The notes under the pieces were generated by a model. The model did no database searches. It had not been told where the DNA came from and was given only the letters and a program-made list of their open reading frames with translations. Shown piece by piece: positions 25,397 through 37,667 of a stretch of DNA of 64,000 nucleotides (the first letter of the stretch is position 1; the number at the start of each line of letters is the position of its first letter). The DNA comes from Laetmonice hystrix (Eukaryota): positions 5,706,001-5,770,000 of the forward strand of contig OZ249436.1 of assembly GCA_965235115.1 (NCBI GenBank), written 5' to 3'. Both the position numbers and the translations under genes were made by a program.

Positions 25397-25793
25397 TTAT
25401 ACTCCCTCGTCCGTGGATGTGTATGTACTGCGCCACGCCAAGTTTATGGTCTGACCTCGTCCACCCCCAATACCGGGGGTACCGTGTCGTAGGCCTACAT
25501 GTGTATACCTGGAGAAATGAATGAGAGAAAACCCCCCGAAACTCTAATGGTGCAGGCTTGGAGACGTGAAGGAGCTATGAAACAGGATTTGACATTATTC
25601 TGTTCGGCATTTACGGAAACTTTGATATGAAATGAATGCATGTACATGTATGCATATTTAATCATGTCCTGGCGTCAAGATTGATGTCTTGAAAGCAGAA
25701 ACGTTTGTGTGAAAAGGGACCGGATGTGGTTGAAGTAAGGCTACGAGCAGCCGCTTTGATAGTTCAGTGGGCGACCGGTCACCGTCACACACA

Positions 25794-26738
25794 GCCGGCT
25801 TTCCACGGTCCGGTTTTTAGTGATGCGGTTGCCGCGTGCGGTCAATCGGATGCGGCAACCGCATCAAAGTGTGTTTCCATGGTCCGGTCCGGTGGAGCGT
25901 TTTTGGCTATATTTAATTGACCAAATTCCTGTGTGACGCCACGTGTGACGTCACGTAATGTGATAATACACTGGGCTTTCCCTGACCTGAATTTTCACTG
26001 TAATTGCGGATTGCGAACTCTAAAGACCTTCTGATGACCTACAGGAGTCTGACACATGGAGGCGGCTGTGTTGTTATACTGCCGCCCGCGAAATGTGTCA
26101 GACTCCTGTGGATGACCCCATTAAATGACGTCACAGGGGAATTTCCTTGCGGCCAAACGCAGTCCGGACGGTCAAACCGGACCATGGAAATGACACAATG
26201 AATTAAGCGGTGTTTCCATTAACGCGGCTGCGGTCCGGCTGCGGTCCGGGCACGGGTACGGCTGATATGGCACGTCGTTGTTTTTAAAGGTGCGGCCCGG
26301 CTGCGTCCCAATGCTGTTAGTATAGAGTCATAGGACATCCACGTGCCGAATCGATAAGTTTTTCGTTAAGTTTTTCGATATCTTGCTTGCTGACCACGTG
26401 AGGCATGGTGCCATCCATTTTTTGAGTGGAGAACATGCACGGGAACACCTAGGATCAAGGGGATCCCTCATGCGGCTCATCTGCGGCTGTGCTCGAATCG
26501 CTCCATGACGCGATCGGGAACAGCCGCATGCGACACCCGTACGGGCCCCGTACGGAGATCGCATTAATGGAAACACTTACATTAAAAACAACGACGTGCG
26601 ATATCAGCCGTACCCGTGCCCGGACCGCAGCCGGACCGCAGCCGCGTTAATGGAAACACCGCTTAATACCGGTTGGAAAAAACGGGTCCGGCAACCGCAC
26701 CGGACCGGACGAAAAAAACGAACCATGGAAAGGCGGCC
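25794..26738. mobile_element. Degenerate TIR element hosting a further MITE copy
   Basis: GCCGGCTTTCCACGGTCCGGTTTTT at left versus AAAAACGAACCATGGAAAGGCGGCC at right; internal TTTCCATGGTCCGG repeats. Confidence 0.6.
26206..26663. mobile_element. Harbinger-like MITE copy (fourth copy)
   Basis: AGCGGTGTTTCCATTAACG ... CGTTAATGGAAACACCGCT; body highly similar to 24940-25396; flanks TTA/TAA. Confidence 0.85.
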
Positions 26739-27196
26739 TAACCGTCAGTGCCCCCCTCAGGCCCCGTCGGTCCCCCTCAATAGTCCCCCTCTAGTCGGTC
26801 AGACCTGTTACATTCCTATTCGCCTGGTTGAATTGATCCTTTAGACTTTAAAATTGTTATGGCAAATGTCAAAAACTAGGACGTTCTATTCCTGCACGGT
26901 AAAATAAACATATTGTAGGTGGTCACTCGTCACTGTTCATAGCGCCTCTATAGTGATGAGTTCGGGAACTAAATTATGTTATCCGGGCCAGAAGCAGGCC
27001 ATTTGATGATTTTGGCGGCCCGCTCATGGTCAGCTGGCCGAACATGGTCGCTCGTGCCACCCATCAACCGGAGCCGGGTGGCCCACCTGTCCCTTAATTG
27101 CTATCTGGGTAGACTCTATTATGGTTGGAAACCCGGCCCTACCTCAGGTCTAAAATAATTGAAGAAAACTATCCCTCCCATCTCAGTTGGACCCCC

Positions 27197-27227
<31 letters not shown>

Positions 27228-27229
27228 AG

Positions 27230-28256
27230 ACAAGGCGCCCCCTTGAGGAAAGACGCCCCCTAGTGTTAACTCAGTATTTTATCCTTGAGTTGGGATTCCC
27301 TAGCGGTTATTTTGTGCACTAATGGACGTAGTGTTGACGCCAGGCCGTACAAGACGATTTGAGATATTTTCAAGAAAGTAGGTCAACATTACATTTTATG
27401 AATATTTTCGTATAAGGTTTGTGCAACACTCTTGTCCTCTGGTCACATTACCTTTGTGTGATTCAGCCTAAGTACTATCATGATAACATAACAGAAGTAA
27501 CTATCTGTAAATGGGGGAAAAGAGTTCGACCATCCACGCCGAAGATTTTATGTCACGCTCGCCTCGGTAAAAAATATACCCGTGAGGCAAAACGCCCCCC
27601 ACCCCGGGGGCAAAACGCCCCTAGGGGGCCTCATGCCCCAATGGTCATTCGTATATCAAAGGATAAAACTGGTTAAAAATCAAATAAAATGCTTGGGTGC
27701 AAAAGGGCGTTTAGAATTGGGCTAATTAAGCTAGCTTAGGCCTATTTGGCCTCTAGGGTGACAGGCCTACTTTGTCCTGGGGCCTATCGATCTTGGATCT
27801 AGGCCCCCACCCCCAAAATAGCCATTTTTAATAGGAAAAGGGGGCCAGTCCCCCCCCCCTTGAAATTTGGGGGCTTTTCACAGCCCGCAAATGCATCTTA
27901 TTTAAAATTCAACATAACAGATTGAAAGACCCACATTCAAAAGAAACGAAAACTCGTGAAATAGAAAAAGGAAAAAGAGGACATCTGCCAGGCTTTTATG
28001 GCTTGGATATAGGCGGGTGGGGCAAGACGCCTCCAGGGGGGCGTCTTACCTCTGGTATGGGGCAAGACGCCCCTTTGCAATTTTATTCGAAATAATTCAT
28101 TTTTTAAATGTTGTAAAAAGGATACAGCTAAAGGATATCAGCAATAAGTAGCTAAGATTTATATGTTTCTTTCCACAAAAAAACTACTCATGCTGATAAA
28201 ACGGGACGGCCTGGTAATGCTTTGACCCTTAAAGGGGGCGCCTTGCCCCTCTCTAC
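27230..28256. mobile_element. Probable non-autonomous DNA transposon with GGCAAGACGCC subterminal repeats
   Basis: CAAGGCGCCCCCTTGAGG at left versus CCTTAAAGGGGGCGCCTTG at right; repeated GGCAA(G/A)ACGCCCC motifs. Left terminus obscured by a poly-C/CA tract. Confidence 0.5.
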
Positions 28257-29198
28257 TCCACGTGTAGATCTACCCCCCCCCCCCCCCCCAACTCGCAGAC
28301 CTGTGCGTAGCCCTGGCCGACACCCACACATCCTGGATCCACCAGCTGATAGGGCCTACACCGGCGTAGGAACCGCCCCCCCCCCCCATATCAAAAGTTT
28401 AAGCCCCCCCCCCCCCCCCATCCCCCCCGCTTTCTGGTCGAGGCGGGTTTCGAGATCATGGCATTCATGAATGCTCAGAAAAGGCATTCCTGAAAAACAA
28501 TTTTCTGGGGGAGGGCCCCAGAACCCCCGCCAGGGCCCGCCTACGGTGGGCATGGATTATCCCCCCCCCCCTTTAGCCCCCCCCCCTTCCCCAACCAAAA
28601 AGAGCTTCCTACGCAGGCCTATGGCCTATAGTCGAGTAGACGTCCTTACCATTTCTATTAGGGACCCGGAAATTTTTAGACCCGCAAGAGATTATGATTG
28701 ATTTGTGTCCACATAGGCTCTGTGAAGATTTTCAGCTTTGTTGGCAGAAGTTGGCTGTTGAGGAATTTTTTTTATAAGCTAATTTGCATAAATAAGCATA
28801 ATTAATAACAAATCGTCATAAGCTCAGGTAACTTGAAAACCATTTGGCCTAGAATCATATGTAATAGCACTTTTCCATACAATATCAACACGGGGAATCC
28901 ATTTTTGACATTTGTTTTGCGATTCAAGGTCAAGGTCAAGGTCAAATATCAAGGTCAAGGCCAAAAAATGGCAAAAAAACGGGGATTTCCAGGACAGTTG
29001 GCCTAAAATCACATTTAATGGAGTGTTTCCTTACAATATAGAGGCAGGCAATCCAATTGTGGCATACGTCTTGTGATTCGACATTAAAGTCAAGGTCAAA
29101 TGTCAAGGTCAAGGCCACAAATGGCACAAATAGTCGGTCCGAAGTCCTTCCTTCCTGTAGTATCAGGGACATTTCAGCAGGAAACAAGCGCAAATTAC

Positions 29199-30395
29199 GG
29201 ACTACATGACTGGGGGCGGGGTGTGGGTGGGACTACATGACTGGGGGTGTGGGTTAGTGGGGTGTGGGTGGGACTACATGACTGGGGGTGGGGGTTAGTG
29301 GGGTGTGGGTGGGACTACATGACTGGTGGTAGGGGTTAGTGGGGTGTGGATGGGACTACATGACTGGGGGTGGGGGTTAGTGGGGTGTGGGTGGGACTAC
29401 ATGACTGGGGGTGTGGGTTATTGGGGTGTGGGTGGGACTACATGACTGGAGTGGGGGTTAGTGGGGTGTGGATGGGACTACATGACTGGGGGTTAGTGGG
29501 GTGTGGGTGGGACTACATGACTGGTGGTAGGGGTTAGTGGGGTGTGGATGGGACTACATGACTGGGGTGGGGGTTAGTGGGGCGTGGGTGGGACTACATG
29601 ACTGGGGGTGGGGGTTAGTGGGGTGTGGATGGGACTACATGACTGGGGGTGGGGGTTAGTGGGGTGTGGGTGGGACTACATGACTCGGGGTGGGGGTTAG
29701 TGGGGTGTGGATGGGACTACATGACTGGGGGTGGGGGTTAGTGGGGTGTGGGTTGGACTACATGACTGGGGGTAGGGGTTAGTGGGGTGTGGGTGGGACT
29801 ACATGACTGGGGTGGGGGTTAGTGGGGTGTGGGTGGGACTACATGACTGGGGTGGGGGTTAGTGGGGTGTGGGTGGGACTACATGACTGGGGGTGGGGGT
29901 TAGTGGGGTGTGGGTGGGACTACATGACTGGGGTGGGGGTTAGTGGGGTGTGGGTGGGACTACATGACTGGTGGTAGGGGTTAGTGGGGTGTGGATGGGA
30001 CTACATGACTGGGGTGGGGGTTAGTGGGGTGTGGGTGGGACTACATGACTGGGGTGGGGGTTAGTGGGGTGTGGGTGGGACTACATGACTGGGGGTGGGG
30101 GTTAGTGGGGTGTGGATGGGACTACATGACTGGGGGTGGGGGTTAGTGGGGTGTGGGTGGGACTACATGACTGGGGTGGGGGTTAGTGGGGTGTGGGTGG
30201 GACTACATGACTGGTGGTAGGGGTTAGTGGGGTGTCGATGGGACTACATGACTGGGGTGGGGGTTAGTGGGGTGTGGGTGGGACTACATGACTGGGGTGG
30301 GGGTTAGTGGGGTGTGGGTGGGACTACATGACTGGGGTGGGGGTTAGTGGGGTGTGGGTGGGACTACATGACTGGGGGTGGGGGTTAGTGGGGTT
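29199..30395. repeat. About 41-bp G-rich minisatellite, about 29 copies
   Basis: GGACTACATGACTGGGG(G)TGGGGGTTAGTGGGGTGTGG(G/A)TG repeated. Confidence 0.96.
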
Positions 30396-30397
30396 AT

Positions 30398-31791
30398 GCT
30401 GCAAGGTGTGGGTGTGGGGTGTGGATGGGTGTCTTGCAGGGTGTGGGGTGTGGGGTGTGGGTGGGTGTCTTGCAGGGTGTGGGGTGTGGGTGTGGGGTGT
30501 GGGTGGGTGTCCTGCAGGGTGTGGGGTGTGGGTGTGGGTCCTGCAAGGTGTGGGGTGTGGGTGTGGGGTGTGGGTGGGTGTCCTGCAGTGTGTGGGTGTG
30601 GGGTGTGGGGTGTGGGGTGTGGGTGGGTGTCCTGCAGGGTGTGGGGTGTGGGTGTGGGTCCTGCAAGGTGTGGGGTGTGGGTGTGGGGTGTGGGTGGGTG
30701 TCCTGCAGGGTGTGGGGTGGGGTGGGGATGGGGGTCCTGCAAGGTGTGGGGTGTGGGTGTGGGGTGTGGGTGGGTGTCCTGCAGGGAGTGGGGTGTGGGG
30801 TGTGGGTGGGTGTCCTGCAGGGTGTGGGTGTGGGTCCTGCAAGGTGTGGGGTGTGGGTGTGGGTGTGGGGTGTGGGTGGGTGTCCCGCAGCGTGTGGGGT
30901 GGGGTGGGGATGGGGGTCCTGCAAGGTGTGGGGTGTGGGTGTGGGGTGTGGGTGGGTGTCCTGCAGGGAGTGGGGTGTGGGGTGTGGGTGGGTGTCCTGC
31001 AGGGTGTGGGGTGTGGGTGTGGGTGTGGGTCCTGCAAGGTGTGGGGTGTGGGTGTGGGTGTGGGTGTGGGGTGTGGGTGGGTGTCCCGCAGCGTGTGGGG
31101 TGGGGTGGGGATGGGGGTCCTGCAAGGTGTGGGGTGTGGGTGTGGGGTGTGGGTGGGTGTCCTGCAGGGTGTGAAGTGTGGGTGGGGGTATGGGTGGGTG
31201 TCCTGCAAGGTGTGGGGTGTGGGTGTGGGGTGTGGGTGGGTGTCCCGCAGTGTGTGGGGTGGGGTGGGGATGGGTGTCCTGCAAGGTGTGGGGTGTGGGT
31301 GTGGGGTGTGGGTGGGTGTCCTGCAGGGTGTGAAGTGTGGGTGGGGGTATGGGTGGGTGTCCTGCAAGGTGTGAAGTGTGGGTGGGGGTATGGGTGGGTG
31401 TCCTGCAAGGTGTGGGGTGTGGGTGTGGGGTGTGGGTGGGTGTCCTGCAGGGTGTGGGGTGGGGTGGGGATGGGGGTCCTGCAAGGTGTGGGGTGTGGGT
31501 GTGGGGTATGGGTGGGTGTCCTGCAGGGAGTGGGGTGTGGGGTGTGGGTGGGTGTCCTGCAGGGTGTGGGGTGTGGGTGTGGGTGTGTGTCCTGCAGGGT
31601 GTGGGGTGTGGGTGTGGGTCCTGCAAGGTGTGGGGTGTGGGTGTGGGTGTGGGTTGTGGGTGGGTGTCCCGCAGCGTGTGGGGTGGGGTGGGGATGGGGG
31701 TCCTGCAAGGTGTGGGGTGTGGGGGGGGGGTGTCCTGCAGGGTGTGAAGTGTGGGTGGGGGTATGGGTGGGTGTCCTGCAAGGTGTAGGGT
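30398..31791. repeat. Variable-length GT-rich minisatellite punctuated by TCCTGCA(A/G)GG
   Basis: TCCTGCARGG followed by variable numbers of TGTGGG(G) units. Confidence 0.95.
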
Positions 31792-33099
31792 GTTAATGTG
31801 ATGCTTAACGAGTAACATGGTGATTAACGTGATTATTATGAGGATTAATGTGATGCTTAACGAGTAACGTGAGGATTATTGTGAGGATGGCGATGAAGAT
31901 GGTGATGTCAAATGTACTGATATTTCATGATATCTGTACTGTAGTTAACTTTCTGTTATTCAATAAATGATCAGTACGTTGTAACCCACAAATTTGTCCT
32001 AGAAATTGACCTTTGACTTTGACCGAGCCTCTCACAATATCCCAGTTTTGGGCCATTTGTGGCCTTGACCTTGACATTTGACCTTAACTTTAATGTCGAC
32101 TCACAAGACGTATGCCACAATTGGATTGCCTGCCTCTATATTGTAAGGAAACACTCCATTAAATGTGATTTTAGGCCAACTGTCCTGGAAACCCCAGTTT
32201 TTTTGCCATTTTTGGCCTTGACCTTGATATTTGACCTTGACCTTGACCTTGAATCACAAAACAAATGTCAAAAATGGATTCCCCGTGTTGATATTGTGTG
32301 GAAAAGTGCTATTACATATGATTCTAGGCCAAATGGTTTTCAAGTTACCTGAGCTTATGCCGATTTGTTATTAATTATGCTAATTTATGCAAATTAGCTT
32401 ATAAAAAAAATTCCTCAACAGCCAACTTCTGCCAACAAAGCTGAAAATCTTCACAGAGCCTATGTGGACACAAATCAATCATAATCTCTTGCGGGTCTAA
32501 AAATTTCCGGGTTACCTGGGTTGGCTACCCGACTACTAGACCTTCGTCATGTCTCGGCTTGAAGCGCACAGCGAACGGCTGTTTTCTCCGGTAGATGGCA
32601 CTTGTAACAGCAACCAGAACATACAAGTGAGATAATGACTGATCCCGTCGACAGGTAGCTTGTCATATTTCCCGCCCACCTGTAATAAAACGAATATTTA
32701 AACTGTAATGTTTTAGAACACATGGCGAAAGGATAAAATTTCTAAAATAAGAGGAGTGATTTTATATTTAAAAGCACCATTCTTGTGGAAGAATACATAG
32801 TTTGAGGAATCTACGAACATCTCTATGAGTACGAGATGACGACGAACTAAGATGGCTGCACCCTAGTGCAAGGTTCGATCTGAGAATAACCCGACATAAT
32901 ATTGTCGTTGGGACTGCATTCTGCTTTGCCGTGTTCTGGACATTGATACATTTTTGGTAAGCCATGTATATATGTAATGACTGTGAAGTTGATGTGAGTA
33001 TAAGGAGTTTGGGAAACTAACCGACGGCGTGGTTTTAGGCCTGTAATATTCCGTGTATTTGAATGGGGGACCGGGGGAAGGAAGTGGACGGGCCCGGCC

Positions 33100-33280
33100 G
33101 CCTCGTGAATAACACGTCACGAGTGCCATCGAGCTAGCGACAAGCCATTCCGTGATACGCCCATAGACGGCACACTGTGATCCTTAAATAATGTTTGGAT
33201 CAAAATGTTCTAGTTATCAACTATTGACAGTCGTGTTCAGCCTTCTCTCTTAGCCGATAGACGATCGCCGGGGATAGGTT
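33100..33280 (+). promoter_or_regulatory. Probable Erlin promoter / non-coding first exon
   Basis: Locally CpG-rich stretch; candidate donor ATAG|GTTTGG near 33278; acceptor tacttcag| at 33845, just upstream of the ATG; TGACGTG (reverse strand) at 33113-33119. Confidence 0.35.
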
Positions 33281-33869
33281 TGGGTGCAGTCATGTCATGG
33301 CCATTGCATTGGCTATTGACTGTTGATAGACCTTACTATTCTAATCTAAGACTAAGCTGTGGCTGTGCCGAGCCTAACTGAGCCGTGTCGTGACTAACCA
33401 AAGACCATTGCCCCTGCAGGAAGTTACTGCAGCCAACTGTGCATGACCTAATCTTTATTTGAGAAAGTCTATAAAGATCTTTCTGTCTGACATTGCATTA
33501 TTAATATATTGTTTTATAATGTGATTTCCCGATTTGCCACATTGGCTTAAAAATAAGGATTGGGGGGAAATCAACTTTTTCTCTCTCTTGGAATCCAAAA
33601 TAGGCTATATATGCTGCCCCCCCCTTCAAAAAAAGACAACCTCAAGCGTCCACTGGCCTCTGTGGCCCAAAGCTAAATTCCTTTTCCTGATTTTCGGTTT
33701 CCTGAGTTGGGGCAATTGCCCCTGCCCCCATTCCCAGACCTATGAATATAACTGATAAATAATTGGGGGGGGGGGGGGGGGGGGGGGTGAGAGACATGCA
33801 TACCTTGACTGGTGCCATAATGATTGTAATATTCTATACTTCAGATAAAAACCTTGAAGCAGTCTGACC

Positions 33870-36800
33870 ATGCCTCCAGCCATCACCTTTGCTGCTGTTG
33901 CCATTGGTTTTCTGGCCATTTTCCTTAACTTCTCTGTTCACAAGATAGAGGAGGGACATGTTGGGGTCTATTACAGGGTAAGTACTGACATTGATAGTGC
34001 TGCTACTATCATCTTGGAGCACTCAGATACATAATGATTGATCAAAAAATGTATTGATACAGCAAGCCTCACAGTTTATTTTTGAACCAGGGAAACTTTC
34101 AATTTTGAAAAGAACATTTGTGGATGGTGGAGAGGGATGGTGGCAGAAAAAGTCAGTTTGACGAACCTGGAAAACGTGTTTACATTTGACCCCTGAAAAT
34201 TAACATTTTAAGTGTTAAGATTTCGTTTTTCCAAGACAAATGGTCAATTAGTGATGATCACCACTGCTCTGTTTTAGGGAGGTGCCCTGTTGTCCAGGAC
34301 AAATGGTCCAGGTTATCACATGATGATTCCGGTAATCACGACATACCGTTCTGTTCAGACAACACTACAAACAGATGAAGTGAAAAATGTTCCATGTGGA
34401 ACAAGGTAGGCTCATAGTTATGTTTCAAGCATTTGTCTGGGATCTGGATGGAAGGGTTGAAGAACAGTCCAAAAACCAAAACATAGGTGTCTCGATGTAA
34501 ATCCATTTCTTGTACAAATTAATTGGTCATTTGATGACAGCAACGCTATTGCTAGTGTTACTCTATCAACCATTACTTCATGACATACTGGCATACCATG
34601 TGTTATAATGCTCTTTTCCTTAAAAACCCTACGGCAGTAACTTCTGGGCCTGTTTTACTAAGGTGTCTATAATAATGACGTCGTTAATTTAACGTAGAAG
34701 TGAATGGGTTGCAAACGGGCCCCTCATGCATTATCAGCTGTGCATTATATCCAATATTCTCTTTCCATTTCAGTGGTGGTGTTATGATCTATTTCGATAG
34801 GATTGAAGTGGTCAATGTACTGTCACAGTCCTCGGGTATGTTTAAATATTTACAATGATCTACTTTATATCTGTTCTCTAGGCCCAGGATATATGTGGAG
34901 AAGTAATTCTTGTATCTTAACATTTGTTATTCCTGGGTAGTTGTGTTCTGTGGTCATTATTTCAGTACACATACCTGCCATATTTTATTAATTGTCACTT
35001 TGATAGCTTAGGCTGTAAAAATAAATATCTGAAGACTGAACTTTCCAGCCTGTCAGATGCGTCCTGATCAGGAACTTATATTGAGATGTTCAAAGATGGT
35101 TTTATTGAGTTGAATGTTGATTAGGATCAGTATGTTCTGTAAAAGGTTCTGTTTTGTTTTCCAGTTTATGATGTAGTTAAAAACTACACGGCAGATTATG
35201 ACAAGGCCCTCATCTACAACAAGGTCCACCATGAACTCAACCAGTTCTGTAGTGTTCACAACCTACAGGAGGTCTACATTGACCTCTTTGGTATGTGTTT
35301 CTCATGTAAAATCTTTAAAGCTATTAAAAGCTGCACTTGATGTTTATCAGGAATGTTCAACAATGAGATGCCGAAAAGAAAAAATAGAATCTCCATTTGT
35401 GGAATTGGGGAATAAAGACAATATCATCTCCAAATTTAACAGGCAGCAACCAGAGAAGAACAATCTGTCCCATCACCCTTACCTGACAGTGTTATGGTAA
35501 TTAATGTTCTGACTGCCTATAAATGGCAGGTAGTTCCAACCCAGTCCATTCTTTCACAGTCACATCTGCAGAGATACTTGGGTGTACGTTTATTTAAAGA
35601 ATTCACAATAAATATCTCTTGACCCAAAAATATTCACAAAGAGATTTTACACTACTTCGGTTGAATATGATCAGTTTTATTTTGTTGTTACTTGTTACAG
35701 ATAAGATTGATGAGAACCTGAAGAGTGCATTGCAAGTAGACCTAAATATTATGGCACCAGGGCTTTTCGTTCAAGCTGTTAGGGTCACCAAGCCCAAGAT
35801 TCCAGAACAGATCCGGAAAAACTATGAAATCATGTGAGTTGGCTAGAAACCTATTTCTTCTAAACCATGCATGCAACATCTAACTTCTAACATCATATTT
35901 TAATTTTATTTAAAAGGAGTTATTTCACTTAGTCTGTGTGTGACGTCAGAGACAATTTTGATTAAGGTAACTTAATTTTTATAGCATCGAACTACAGCAA
36001 TGTAAAAAGAGGGCTTGATATACTTTATAAATGCTTTTACATTTGGTAATATTGTCCCAAAATATGTGTACATGGTGAGCAATAACAATATGGGATGTGT
36101 TTTTTGGCTTACAGGGAAGGTGAAAAGACGAAGCTGATGATAGTACAGGAGAAGCAAAAGGTTGTGGAGAAGGAAGCTGAGACTGATAGAAAAAGAGCAA
36201 TCATTGGTAGGATTTTCTCATGATTATGCAACTTGTATTGACTTCATGTCTCAGTGTTTTGGAAAACATCAGATTTTGATGGAAAGATGTCGTATTTGAT
36301 GGCTAATGGTGCCTCCTGATATCAAATGTAAACTAAATGGCAGTAATTGATATTATGACTAGGAAATGCAGAAATCTTCTGCAAAGTCTTCCTTTGCTAT
36401 TAACTTAATAACAGAAAATATTGAGATTTGAACAATGAGACAACTGTCAGAAAAAGTTTTAGAGTTCTGTTATTGAGGATCATTGAAAGGAATCTAATAT
36501 AAACGTGACCATGACCATCACTGTCTGTTATTTCAGAGGCCAAAAAAATTGCTGAAGTGGCAAAAATTCAGTGGGATCAAAAGATTATGGAGAAGGAATC
36601 TGAGCGGAAGATCGCTGAGATTGAAGGTTTGTAAATTATAGTTAACACTTTTTAAAAAGTAGTTAATCTAAATGCTAATGTCCAGAATAGGACACTAGAT
36701 GACGAACACTCCTTTTTCCAGTCCCGAAGTTACACAGCACAATAGTAAAGTTTCCTTACGGAACCCTGCAATGAAAGGGACAACTTTTATCAGTCCCAAA

Positions 36801-37667
36801 GGTGTGTCCAACTTGGAGGCTGTACTGCACAGTATTTAGAAAGTGCTACTTGATATCAGATAGTTATGAATTTGAATCTTGAATCTATGAAAGCATAAAA
36901 CTAAGTAATTTTCTTTCTAATTGCTTTCTGGTTTTCAGATCAAACCCATTTAGCAAGAGAAAAAGCTAAAGCTGATGCAGAATTCTACAAAACGGAGAAG
37001 ATTGCAGATGCCAACAAAGTAGGTACACATAAGGGAAGTGGCGGTGGCCGAGTGGGCATGGGCGTCGATACCTTATGCTATGCGAATGGGTGCAGTAATC
37101 TTGCGGCCGGGGTTCGATTCCACTAGAGGACTACAACTTTTCTCTTTCCGGACATTCTCAAAGTAACTGGGTTACGCCTGATGCCCGTGCATTTAAAAAT
37201 GAAAAATGTGTGAATGATGAGTAGGGCTCGATGAGGGAGGATCCAGTTCAATTTATAATGAAAAACACTATAGACTGCAATGATCTGTCAGCTAATCAAC
37301 TATGAATAATCACAGATGATGTTTTTGTCATAAAAGAAAATTATCTGATTTTAATCTCGTATACATGCAAGGAGTTTGCAATGGTGAATGGAAACAATTG
37401 AATAGATTTTCGAGTGAATATATTATGATATGATAATGTATCAATTCTCTTGTGTTACAGTTACTTTTGACGCCTGAGTACATTGAACTTCGTAAATATG
37501 AGGCCATCAGTGCAAACAACAAGGTTTACTTCGGCGCTAATATCCCCAACATGTTTGTTGATAACAACTTGATATCAGCTGGAAAAGCAACTTCAGTACC
37601 ATCATCATCTTCGAGTTTTTCATCTTCAACTCAGTCCAAAGATAAAAAGGTAGACATGCAAGGCTGA
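33870..37667 (+). CDS. ERLIN: Erlin (ER lipid raft-associated SPFH protein; ERLIN1/2 co-ortholog), 341 aa, 9 coding exons
   Basis: Exons 33870-33977, 34278-34405, 34774-34835, 35165-35290, 35701-35833, 36115-36206, 36537-36626, 36939-37018 and 37461-37667; all GT-AG, frame preserved (1026 nt). Diagnostic peptides [84 protein letters not shown]. Confidence 0.97.
37036..37130 (+). mobile_element. tRNA-derived SINE head / tRNA pseudogene in the last Erlin intron
   Basis: Pol III A-box TGGCCGAGTGG (37045-37055) and B-box GGTTCGATTCC (37111-37121); acceptor and T stems do not pair, so not a functional tRNA. Confidence 0.6.

Larger units (their letters stand above)
28629..32535. mobile_element. 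Academ-like non-autonomous element with about 470-bp inverted arms and a minisatellite-filled interior
   Basis: Termini TAGTCGAGTAG / CTACCCGACTA; 3-bp TSD CTA (28626-28628, 32536-32538); arms about 28665-29125 and 32053-32512 are near-identical reverse complements. TAG..CTA ends, 3-4-bp TSD and long TIRs fit the Academ superfamily; the assignment is an inference. Confidence 0.78.

Noticed and set aside
24187..26576. Four near-identical 82-aa ORFs (MFPLMRSPYG..)
   Set aside because: Translations of the repeated MITE body; no transposase similarity.
30307..31818. Long G/V/W/C and P/H/T-rich ORFs in nearly all frames
   Set aside because: GT-rich minisatellite lacking stop codons, inside a transposon.
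28824..32352. Mirror ORFs containing LTLTFDLDLDL
   Set aside because: Translation of TGACCT subterminal repeats in the inverted arms of the Academ-like element.
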